A stretch of 47,487 bases of DNA from the IMG/VR virus record IMGVR_UViG_3300037440_000064, positions 1 through 47,487 of that record, one strand, 5' to 3'. The position numbers and the translations under genes are program-made. Shown piece by piece: positions 37,839 through 45,686 of this stretch (position 1 is the first letter of the stretch; each line of letters starts with the position of its first letter). The notes under the pieces are model-generated. The model had not been told where the DNA came from. It searched no databases and worked only from the letters and a program-made list of their open reading frames with translations. This DNA comes from a virus. Lineage: Duplodnaviria > Caudoviricetes.

Positions 37839-38936
37839 TTAGTCTAAATAGATATCCATGTTAGCAGCGAACCATCTTTGCGCTGAATCCGTACCAGTTA
37901 AGTCCTTGTTATAGCGCTTAACGAGCCTGAAGAAGACGACTTGATACTCTTTCGCCATTTTCTTTACATAAGTAAATATCGCATCGGCGTGGTTAGGTTT
38001 TCCTTGAGTAGCTAACATGCCTAAAATGGCTATCCTTTGATCGACCGGGTGATTAATCGGAAACTCTTCAGGGTCATTGAGTATCTCTTGATAAGTTGGT
38101 ATTACTTTACGTACCCGCTCAAAAGCAGAGAACTGTCTGCCGTGACTTTCCCCCACACAACCACAAGATACCACTTCCCGTAACTTATCGTCTGTACCAA
38201 TCGTCGCTTCAAAAGCGTAAAGCTGGTCTGATAACTTTTCCCATAATCGGGGATTCGGACTGTTCTCCATCCCCAGATCGGTTTTGAAAACGCAAAAAGA
38301 TTCGGGAAATGCTTCAAGAAACAGCATTATATTTGGGTGTAAACCTACTTCCTCTCCCCATACTCTGAACCCCGGCAAATCTTCCATAAGCTCAACTATC
38401 ATACCGAATCTGGATTTTATCGGTTCAAGCAGGTAGTTTACGTTAGCTTTATGTTCTTTTCCGTTAGTGGCTGCAACTATCTTTACACAGTCAGGTAATT
38501 TTTTACCACACAACTCCCTGTCACCTATTAACTGCATGAGGGCGGCTTGTATGCTAGGTGGGGATTGACCAAAATCGTCAAAACCCCATATAGTGGGCTT
38601 TCTTGCTCGGAGTATCTGCAACATCTGCCCAAAAGGGAGGAAGGTTGCTACATCAATCTCCTCCTCTTCAGTCGATAGATTGATAAGAATATCTTCCAAG
38701 TCATCAGATTCAGCGTGTAGCTTTATCTTTGTTTTGGCGGGATAACCTTTAATATCTTGGGGGGCATCCGTAGCAGGATGGGATAATATTAAATCTATAC
38801 TGTTCTTTTTGCAATAGCTTTTCAACGCTCTTGTCTTACCTATTCCCGGCTTGCCTACTACAAGCAAAGGATGACCTGACGCCATTACAATGTTTAGCAG
38901 CTTCTCGTATTGATCGTGGTTAATTTTTGGTAGCAT
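37839..38936 (-). CDS. MoxR-like AAA+ ATPase
   Basis: GKPGIGKT, FDDFGQ, AATN, SRF, PNPRLW; adjacent VWA partner. Confidence 0.88.
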   Translation of the reverse strand: MLPKINHDQYEKLLNIVMASGHPLLVVGKPGIGKTRALKSYCKKNSIDLILSHPATDAPQDIKGYPAKTKIKLHAESDDLEDILINLSTEEEEIDVATFLPFGQMLQILRARKPTIWGFDDFGQSPPSIQAALMQLIGDRELCGKKLPDCVKIVAATNGKEHKANVNYLLEPIKSRFGMIVELMEDLPGFRVWGEEVGLHPNIMLFLEAFPESFCVFKTDLGMENSPNPRLWEKLSDQLYAFEATIGTDDKLREVVSCGCVGESHGRQFSAFERVRKVIPTYQEILNDPEEFPINHPVDQRIAILGMLATQGKPNHADAIFTYVKKMAKEYQVVFFRLVKRYNKDLTGTDSAQRWFAANMDIYLD

Positions 38937-39590
38937 GGGTGTGACCTCCCTTTGATTTTAAACAACTAACGTGTTAGTTAAATCTCTTCCAAGTCATCTC
39001 GGTACTCTAAGAACATGTTTTTAATACCCGTAGGGATTTCATCCAGCCATACCAAAAGTTCTTTATCTAAACACCAATTTTGTCTTGTTAGATGGTATAT
39101 AAGTTGTGCAAACAACCTATCATCCCCTATAATATCCGTACCTTTACAAGATAAAGGAAAACCGGAAAAATCTAAGTCCACTTCCCGCAAGTCTGCTCCC
39201 TGCAAGTTTGCTTCCCGCAAGTCTGCTTCCTGCAAGTTTGCTTCCCGCAAGTCTGCTCCCTGCAAGTTTGCTTCCCGCAAGTCTGCTCTCCACAAGTCTG
39301 CTCTCCACAAGTCTGCTCTCCACAAGTCTGCTCCCTGCAAGTTTGCTCCCTGCAAGTTTGCTTCCCGCAAGTCTGCTCTCCACAAGTCTGCTCCCTGCAA
39401 GTTTGCTCCCTGCAAGTTTGCTTCCCGCAAGTCTGCTCTCCACAAGTCTGCTCCCTGCAAGTCTGCTGCCCGCAAGTCTACTTCCCGCAAGTCTCCGATT
39501 TCTAAAATGACCTTATTGTTAAATCTATTTCTAATCGTAATCATGGGTGTGACCTCCCTTTGATTTTAAACAACTAACGTGTTAGTTAAA
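38934..39590. repeat. 49-bp perfect direct repeat (38934-38982 and 39542-39590) flanking the pentapeptide gene
   Basis: CATGGGTGTGACCTCCCTTTGATTTTAAACAACTAACGTGTTAGTTAAA occurs twice. Confidence 0.95.
38978..39544 (-). CDS. Pentapeptide repeat protein
   Basis: About 21 tandem A(D/N)Lxx units encoded by a 15-bp DNA tandem repeat (about 39172-39494). Confidence 0.93.
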   Translation of the reverse strand: MITIRNRFNNKVILEIGDLREVDLRAADLQGADLWRADLREANLQGANLQGADLWRADLREANLQGANLQGADLWRADLWRADLWRADLREANLQGADLREANLQEADLREANLQGADLREVDLDFSGFPLSCKGTDIIGDDRLFAQLIYHLTRQNWCLDKELLVWLDEIPTGIKNMFLEYRDDLEEI

Positions 39591-39804
39591 ACTCGCATAG
39601 AGTTATTTGGTCTAACTCACTTTCTGTAAAATAAGTATATTCATACAAGCCTCTTTTTACTCTTACCTGTATCCTGTCAGGTGAACGCTTCCACGTTTTT
39701 ATACTTGTAACCTTAGCCCGCATAGGCGTACCGTCGGCGTTTTTCTTTGTTACGTGATACACTGTTTGACCTTTTTTCAATTGCTTTGCTTGCTCAATGT
39801 TCAT
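39586..39804 (-). CDS. Small basic hypothetical protein
   Basis: GGAGGTCACA leader; 72 aa. Confidence 0.75.
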   Translation of the reverse strand: MNIEQAKQLKKGQTVYHVTKKNADGTPMRAKVTSIKTWKRSPDRIQVRVKRGLYEYTYFTESELDQITLCEF

Positions 39805-39826
39805 AGTGTGACCTCCAACTAACGTG

Positions 39827-39916
39827 TTAGTTAAGCACTTTTGCCAGCTCTATAATAAAGCTGATTGCCATGGTGCCTAACAGGATGGCAGTGATAAGTC
39901 CTTTCAAGAAATCCAT
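39827..39916 (-). CDS. 29-aa hydrophobic peptide (not in ORF track)
   Basis: MDFLKGLITAILLGTMAISFIIELAKVLN; first ORF after the promoter; stops inside a palindrome copy. Confidence 0.55.
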   Translation of the reverse strand: MDFLKGLITAILLGTMAISFIIELAKVLN

Positions 39917-39936
39917 AATACTCACCATAAGTGGGT

Positions 39937-39965
39937 AATATAACACTTAAAATATATTTTGTCAA
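39937..39965 (-). promoter_or_regulatory. Sigma70-type early promoter
   Basis: TTGACA, 17 bp spacer, TGn-TATATT. Confidence 0.8.
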
Positions 39966-39967
39966 GT

Positions 39968-40002
39968 AAGAAAATACCCGGTCACTAGGTATGAACCGGG
40001 TA
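39968..40002 (-). terminator. Intrinsic terminator of the first early transcript
   Basis: TACCCGGT..CA / TG.ACCGGGTA hairpin followed by TTTTCTT on the - strand. Confidence 0.65.
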
Positions 40003-40009
40003 CTCTATT

Positions 40010-40258
40010 TTAGGGATAAACACCATATTTCAATGAGTGGATAGCTTTTTCAAGCTCTTTGATGCACCGGTGCTGCTCTGCGATGACTTGAGCGCTTGCT
40101 TTTACTACTGACTGAAAACGTTCTTCTATCTCCGCAAACTGCTTCCGAAGAAGATCGACGTTATTGTAAGGGGTTTGTTTTTCCGTGTTGTGAAGATGTT
40201 CGACAAAGTCTATTGCATTCTTTTCGCAATAGCGTCTTATTAAGTCTGATTTTCCCAT
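40010..40258 (-). CDS. Hypothetical coiled-coil protein
   Basis: Start at ATG 40258 after GGAGGTCACACC. Confidence 0.7.
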   Translation of the reverse strand: MGKSDLIRRYCEKNAIDFVEHLHNTEKQTPYNNVDLLRKQFAEIEERFQSVVKASAQVIAEQHRCIKELEKAIHSLKYGVYP

Positions 40259-40302
40259 GGTGTGACCTCCGTAATATTTGACCAAGGCTAACTAACGGTT
40301 AG

Positions 40303-40410
40303 TTAGAATATTGTGTTACAAATAGCTATGCCTATGCCGATACCGATACCTATTGTGGCCCATCCAACTAACGACACCAAACCTACAATCAATAATCCCT
40401 TTGCGCTCAT
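40303..40410 (-). CDS. 35-aa Gly-rich membrane peptide (not in ORF track)
   Basis: MSAKGLLIVGLVSLVGWATIGIGIGIGIAICNTIF; RBS AGGAGG; ATGA overlap with the upstream gene; stop overlaps a palindrome copy. Confidence 0.6.
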   Translation of the reverse strand: MSAKGLLIVGLVSLVGWATIGIGIGIGIAICNTIF

Positions 40411-40568
40411 TGGTTCATCCTCCTAAGTTGTCTTAACGCCTTGTAATCGGCTTTATGTTCGGCGACCATAAAGGCACCGAACCGAGTTCTAATTTGGTTC
40501 TTAACTATGTGACATAAAAGAACGTAGTTAAGAACTTGTCGTAACTTCCAAGCGTTTAGCTTATACAT
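40407..40568 (-). CDS. Small basic hypothetical protein
   Basis: Start at ATG 40568 after GGAGGTG. Confidence 0.6.
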   Translation of the reverse strand: MYKLNAWKLRQVLNYVLLCHIVKNQIRTRFGAFMVAEHKADYKALRQLRRMNQ

Positions 40569-40641
40569 GGTAGCACCTCCATTTATAAATCTGATAAGGT
40601 GTACAAATACTCCTGTACACCCTACAGAGCTATAAAGGTAA

Positions 40642-41733
40642 TTAGCCGAGTTCACCCAATGCAGTCTGTTCTGCGACTATTGCATCTAAAACTGGTTGCA
40701 TTGTTTTAGAAGTTTCCAGCCATTCTTTTAACTGACCAGCGGTCAATTTCTGTGCGGCTGATTCGAGTTGGAGGAGGAGCTTGTTCAACTGTTTTTCAGT
40801 CGGGGTGTCGGGCGGAGTTTTCGGCCCTTTTGCATCGGCTTCCTTCCGGCCTTTCTCCATGTTAATGCGGCCGAAAGCGGCCGCCGCGGTGTTCACGTAG
40901 TGACCGACACCCTTCACTCCGTTCTCTTTCTCGGCCTTGTAAACCGCTTGGTAACCCGCTGGAACTTGGTTACCGTCTGGATCCGCTACCAAGCGGCCCT
41001 TCGCGTCCTTGCGAGCGGGCCAAAGACCTTCGGCCAGCAGAGCAGTGGTTATGCCGGAAATTGAGTTGTTAAACTTCTTCCCAATTTCTTCCCACATTGA
41101 CTTGATGACGGACTCAACCTTCTCGGTCTTATCACAAGCGGCTTTCAGCTCTTCAAAGACCGGGGTAGACGTTCCGGCAGGATTAACAAGCGGTTTTGCG
41201 ACTACGACAGGTTTTTCAGCTTTGGGCGCTTTGGGAGCCTTAGGTGGTTTGGCGGCTTTGGGCGGCTTTGTCTCTTTTACGGGAGGTGTTACAGCTTCAG
41301 TCTCTCCTTCCACTTCAGAACCAAGGAGATTGAGTGCATCCTTTGCTTTGGTTGCAGCGGCTAGTTTTGCAGCGGCAGCGGCTTTGTTCTTTGCTACAGT
41401 TACGGGGGTGTCTTTTGCTTCACTCATGGGTTTTACCTCGGTTGTTTTGGTTGATACATCGGCAGTATTGCCTGACTTCGCCTGTTCTTTTGCTTTGTTT
41501 TCCATAACGATAATCTGCGAGACTATCGGCTTTATCTCAGTTCCCAATTTAAGCGTCATTTTCTGACTTCCGTTTGATATAACGCATGTTTTGGCAGTGA
41601 ATCGTACCATTGTACCAATCGCAGAGATGGCCGTATCATCTTTGACGCTCCATCCATTGGCTTTGCTGACGTGATTCAATACGGACATTGCTACTGTTGG
41701 AAGGGTGTTTGTTTTGATAGTGTTAGTTTTCAT
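40642..41733 (-). CDS. First early gene; Ala/Lys/Pro-rich protein of unknown function
   Basis: Start at ATG 41733 after GGAGGTCACACC; central KPPKAAKPPKAPKAPKAEK linker. Confidence 0.8.
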   Translation of the reverse strand: MKTNTIKTNTLPTVAMSVLNHVSKANGWSVKDDTAISAIGTMVRFTAKTCVISNGSQKMTLKLGTEIKPIVSQIIVMENKAKEQAKSGNTADVSTKTTEVKPMSEAKDTPVTVAKNKAAAAAKLAAATKAKDALNLLGSEVEGETEAVTPPVKETKPPKAAKPPKAPKAPKAEKPVVVAKPLVNPAGTSTPVFEELKAACDKTEKVESVIKSMWEEIGKKFNNSISGITTALLAEGLWPARKDAKGRLVADPDGNQVPAGYQAVYKAEKENGVKGVGHYVNTAAAAFGRINMEKGRKEADAKGPKTPPDTPTEKQLNKLLLQLESAAQKLTAGQLKEWLETSKTMQPVLDAIVAEQTALGELG

Positions 41734-41799
41734 GGTGTGACCTCCATAAAGTTTGGTTGTGTTGTCCTGCATCCGAGTGGCTAACCAGCCTATGAGAGA

Positions 41800-41828
41800 A
41801 TAATAAATCATCTTGAAAGGGATTGCAA
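41800..41828 (-). promoter_or_regulatory. Putative leftward early promoter
   Basis: TTGCAA, 17 bp spacer, TATTAT; palindrome copy 15 bp upstream of the -35. Confidence 0.55.
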
Positions 41829-42094
41829 GTATTTATTTTCACCAACTAACCGTTAGTTACTTCTTTTATCCATGAAATGAGGATAAGTAGTTAATATTAT
41901 TAGATAAAATAATTTATATCCCGACTTGCATTATATCTAGTGAGGTCGGTTAGCCTGAATAGCCTGAATAGCCTGAAAGGGTGGAGAATCAAATATATTG
42001 CCTTGTGGTGGGCTTTTCAAGGGTAGGTGTGTAGGATAGCCTAGGTAATATATTTACGTGGTTTAGAAGGGCAAATTGAGAGGAGTAGAGAGGC

Positions 42095-42275
42095 TGTCAA
42101 CCCGGGTGTTGTCAACCAGGGTGTGGTCAACCAGGGTGTTGTCAACAGGGGTGCTGTCAACTGATAGAGGGTGTGGTCAACCAGGGTGTTGTCAACCAGG
42201 GTGTTGTCAACCGATATTATTGCTGCACTGCAACATTGTCAACCAATATTATTGCTGCACTGCAACATTGTCAAC
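42095..42275 (+). repeat. Iteron-like 15-bp tandem repeats (CAGGGTGTTGTCAAC) plus two 30-bp repeats
   Basis: GTCAAC at 42096, 42111, 42126, 42141, 42156, 42176, 42191, 42206; ATATTATTGCTGCACTGCAACATTGTCAAC at 42214 and 42246. Confidence 0.9.
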
Positions 42276-43059
42276 TGAACGAGCGCTCGGTTTGTCATGT
42301 ACTACGAGTTGTAGTAATATCAAGTATTTATGATATCGGTTGACGTCAACCAGCGTAAAGGATGTACTTGTCAATTGACTTTGCTAAGGGTTTGTTTTTG
42401 TTGAGAAAATGACATGGCTGTACACTAAGACATCTTTGAAAAATTTTTGTTATAAGAGAAGTATATATGGTGGTCTAATGGTAGTACCAAAGTACCAATT
42501 GTTCTTCTTTTTCCTATAGGAAATTTCGCGCGAACATGTCCTGACGTACAGCCATGTCTTTTTGTCAGTCATTCCGGGGGGTTATCGCAGGTTTAAAGGA
42601 TGTACAAAGGATGTACTTTTGGCGTACTGGCTTGAAATCATTACGAAAAATCTTTGTCAACTAACTCTGTCAACCAATTAAAGGATGTCTTTTACCTAGT
42701 AATAACAGATAGTTACAACTGGTTGACAAGCTTTGTCAACTAACTCTGTCAACTAACGTGTATTAGTTGACGTCAACTAATCAATGCTACTACCTGCGTG
42801 TTTCACACGAAGCCTTAGTTGACGTCAACTAACCAATGCTACTACCCGGTCAACTAACACGGTAGTTGACAAGGTATCTAGTTGACAGTGTACTCTCTCA
42901 TTTGACGCGTCAACCAATCAATGCTACTCCCTGATTGCGTCAATGGGTAGATGACAAGTTGCGTATTAGTTGACAGTTCGGTGTATCCGATTGACCGCTA
43001 CTCGTCAAGGGGGGGGGCCGGGGGAAAATGGTAGGTGCGGCGGCGGGGGGCCAGGCACT

Positions 43060-43196
43060 CACATAAAATTTTTCAATTTTTTAAAGTTGTCAACTAATAT
43101 GATACCACATAAAATTTTTCAATTTTTAAAGTTGTCAACTAATATGATACCACATAAAATTTTTCAATTTTTTAAAGTTGTCAACTAATATGATAC
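43060..43196 (+). repeat. Three tandem 45-46 bp AT-rich repeats
   Basis: CACATAAAATTTTTCAATTTTT(T)AAAGTTGTCAACTAATATGATAC at 43060, 43106, 43151. Confidence 0.95.
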
Positions 43197-43268
43197 ACCT
43201 CTTTGTCAACTAATATGACCCCCCAGCTTGTCAACTGATATGGGACAGAAACTTTTTTAAAATAAGTA

Positions 43269-43296
43269 TTGACTCCAATACGAAAAGTGTTATATT
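43269..43296 (+). promoter_or_regulatory. Putative promoter of the small RNA
   Basis: TTGACT, 16 bp spacer, TGn-TATATT (extended -10). Confidence 0.6.
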
Positions 43297-43302
43297 GAAA
43301 GC

Positions 43303-43413
43303 ATTGGAACACCTCTTACTTTCTCGGTAAGGGTTCCTCGCTACCAGAGGGCGTGACCTCCCTCCCCAATCCCTCGATACGGACTCATCCACCGTACCGG
43401 GGGATTTTTTTTT
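43303..43413 (+). ncRNA. Predicted ~110-nt sRNA with an anti-RBS seed
   Basis: Promoter upstream; 5' hairpin; GTGACCTCCCTCCCC at 43353-43367; terminator hairpin 43368-43406 with T-run to 43413; no credible ORF. Confidence 0.6.
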
Positions 43414-43668
43414 GTTCACACACCGCCAACACCACAAAACCACCTTCAATATATTCCCTTCTAAGCCACGCAAATATATTAGATAGGCTATCCTACGCAC
43501 CCTATCAGGCAAATCAAGCCACGGGCCAATATATTTAATCTAACGCCCTATTCAGGCCCATCGACCTACCCCTATAAACCTCCTCCAACTCCAAACACCC
43601 TACCAACTCAATATATCTAATAATTTCAACTACTTACATCTAACTAACGGGTTAGTTAAAAATCCTTG

Positions 43669-43698
43669 TTGACAACTCCACCAAAAATGTACTATAAT
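43669..43698 (+). promoter_or_regulatory. Sigma70-type promoter for the packaging/structural arm
   Basis: TTGACA, 18 bp spacer, TATAAT; palindrome copy ends 11 bp upstream of the -35. Confidence 0.8.
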
Positions 43699-43727
43699 AT
43701 AGAGCAATTACAACAGGAGGAACCGTT

Positions 43728-44189
43728 ATGAATAACGTAGCCATGCATGACCCCATGCTTATAGAGACTCTTGCAGATATGTACTTTGCAATGACTGAGT
43801 TAGAAGACTCGATACCCACCGTTCCCGGCTTGGCCCTTGCCATTGGGTTTAATAGAAGTTACGACATAAACGTAACTTTGAAGAACTACGAGGAAGGTCT
43901 GTCAAAGTACCCAGAAGCATCAGTTGGTACAATACTGCGCTCTCTTACCAAGATAGAAGACAAGTATATAGTCAATGGCCTACAGGACAAGTTCCCCTCA
44001 GCCTTGGTTAAGTTCTGCCTTGGTGCATACCACGATAGAAGAGAAAAAGAGCCAGAGGCAAACGGAGCAGGAGCCAACACTAACATCATGGTAGTCTTCG
44101 AAAGACCAAAAGAACTTGATAATGTTCAGGCAAGAAGGTTGACCAACAACTTGAATCAGCCGGTTATAGAACTCCACTCAGCTAATTAA
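43728..44189 (+). CDS. terS: Terminase small subunit (P22 gp3-like)
   Basis: PTVPGLALAIGF motif; RBS AGGAGG; directly upstream of the large subunit. Confidence 0.75.
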   Translation: MNNVAMHDPMLIETLADMYFAMTELEDSIPTVPGLALAIGFNRSYDINVTLKNYEEGLSKYPEASVGTILRSLTKIEDKYIVNGLQDKFPSALVKFCLGAYHDRREKEPEANGAGANTNIMVVFERPKELDNVQARRLTNNLNQPVIELHSAN

Positions 44190-44219
44190 ACCCCCCCCCT
44201 CTCAACTAACGTGTTAGTT

Positions 44220-45686
44220 ATGACAAAAGCATATGACACCAAGGCAACAAGGAAGGTAGTTATACCCTACCAACCACGACCATGCCAAATGCAGATAGCA
44301 AGCAAGCTGTCTCTTTACAGGTTCTTGGTTGCAGTTTGCCATAGACGGTTTGGTAAAACGGTTAATGGCGTTATATGGCTCATAACGGAAGCTTTATCAG
44401 GTATACCAGACTTCAGAGGGTACTACATAGCTCCAAACCAGAAGCAGGCTAAACGTCTGGTTTGGAACTATTTCAAGTTCTACCTAAAAGGGTTCAAAGA
44501 CCTAGGTTTAGTCAGTTTCAACGAGACAGAGCTAAGGATAGACTTCTTCATCGGACCATCCACTTCTTCCATCTACCTTGCCGGTTCAGAGAACATCGAG
44601 TCGTTACGTGGGGTATACATGGACCGAGCAGTACTGGATGAAATGGCGTCATGGGAGAAAGCGGAGTACGCTTTCTATGAGGTCATCTACCCCGCCATGT
44701 CAGATAGGAACGGTAGAGGGTTCATTATAGGCACGGTCAAAGGGCTTGACTTGTTCTATGATATGTACTGCATGGGAAAGGACAAGAAGAAGTTCCCCGA
44801 ATGGGACTCCGTGTTGTACGACATTTACTCTACAGGGGTTTTTACTGAAGAGGTAATAAACTCGTTAAAGAGTATCATGCGGCCAGATGCTTTCGCAAGA
44901 GAGTACCTGTGCGACTTCTTCGCAGAAGCTCCTGATAGGCTCATAGCACCTCAGATAGTATCAGATGCGGTGTGCAGGGACGTACCGGATCATGTAGTCA
45001 GATCATCAGCGGAGGTGTGGGGGTACGATGTAGGGTACACAGGCGATCCTAGTCAATTGGTTAAAAGGAAAGGCCCACTTGTAAGAGAGATAATATCTTT
45101 AGATAACAAGGATTCGGTTTTTCAATCTAACTTCCTAAAGCAGCAGATAGACCAGTACCATCCAAGTATCGTGTATATAGATGCAGGGTACGGCGAGGGG
45201 GTGATAGCACGTTTAAACGATATGGGGTATGCCCATGTGATCCATCCGGTGTATTTCGGCGAAGCTTCGCCTTCGCCGGGGTGCTTCAACATGAGAGCGT
45301 ACATGTACTGGATGGTGCTGAAGTGGTTGAAGTCAGGGTCGATACCAAAAGACGATGAGCTTATCAGGCAGTTGTCGAACGTCTTGTTGGATGACAATGA
45401 TAAGAACAGGAGGATAAAGTTAAAGCCTAAGAAGGACATAAAGGCGATCCTTCGTCAATCACCGGACAAGTCAGATGCACTGGTCCTCACCTTCGCAGGA
45501 GGAGGGGAAGAGGTAGCGGACATAAACGAGCTTATAAAGAACGGAATTACTAAGCCCTCGGATTCGGTTATGAGACAAGTTCTATCAGACTTACTTAGCC
45601 AGCAAGGTAACTACGATGCAGATAATTACTTTGATAACATCTACGGTAACAACGTGATGGAAAAATTAGATAAAGATTGGGGGTGA
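44220..45686 (+). CDS. terL: Terminase large subunit
   Basis: HRRFGKT (Walker A), LRG...VLDE (Walker B), IGT, REYLCDF, GYDVG, YIDAG, SPDKSDAL. Confidence 0.96.
   Translation: MTKAYDTKATRKVVIPYQPRPCQMQIASKLSLYRFLVAVCHRRFGKTVNGVIWLITEALSGIPDFRGYYIAPNQKQAKRLVWNYFKFYLKGFKDLGLVSFNETELRIDFFIGPSTSSIYLAGSENIESLRGVYMDRAVLDEMASWEKAEYAFYEVIYPAMSDRNGRGFIIGTVKGLDLFYDMYCMGKDKKKFPEWDSVLYDIYSTGVFTEEVINSLKSIMRPDAFAREYLCDFFAEAPDRLIAPQIVSDAVCRDVPDHVVRSSAEVWGYDVGYTGDPSQLVKRKGPLVREIISLDNKDSVFQSNFLKQQIDQYHPSIVYIDAGYGEGVIARLNDMGYAHVIHPVYFGEASPSPGCFNMRAYMYWMVLKWLKSGSIPKDDELIRQLSNVLLDDNDKNRRIKLKPKKDIKAILRQSPDKSDALVLTFAGGGEEVADINELIKNGITKPSDSVMRQVLSDLLSQQGNYDADNYFDNIYGNNVMEKLDKDWG

Larger units (their letters stand above)
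41844..43657. repeat. Non-coding control region bounded by imperfect inverted repeats (about 41844-42071 and 43456-43657)
   Basis: Five co-linear shared blocks; the best is 42026-42071 vs the reverse complement of 43456-43501 (41/46 identical). Confidence 0.85.

Noticed and set aside
39015-39563. Alternative-frame ORFs over the pentapeptide gene (SAPCKFA, LLPAS, LAGSK repeats)
   Set aside because: By-products of a stop-free 15-bp tandem repeat; only the ADL/ANL frame has an RBS and a known fold
36471-40304. True integron cassette array
   Set aside because: The arms deviate from RYYYAAC/GTTRRRY, are only 1-2 bp apart rather than forming a 57-141 bp attC, and no tyrosine recombinase was recognised
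42799-42814. parS-like sequence TGTTTCACACGAAGCC
   Set aside because: Only one half matches TGTTTCACGTGAAACA, it is a single copy, and no parA/parB genes were seen
42076-43538. ORFs 42076-42333, 42970-43188, 43231-43512 and 43353-43538
   Set aside because: Translations of DNA repeats or regulatory sequence, with weak starts and no convincing RBS
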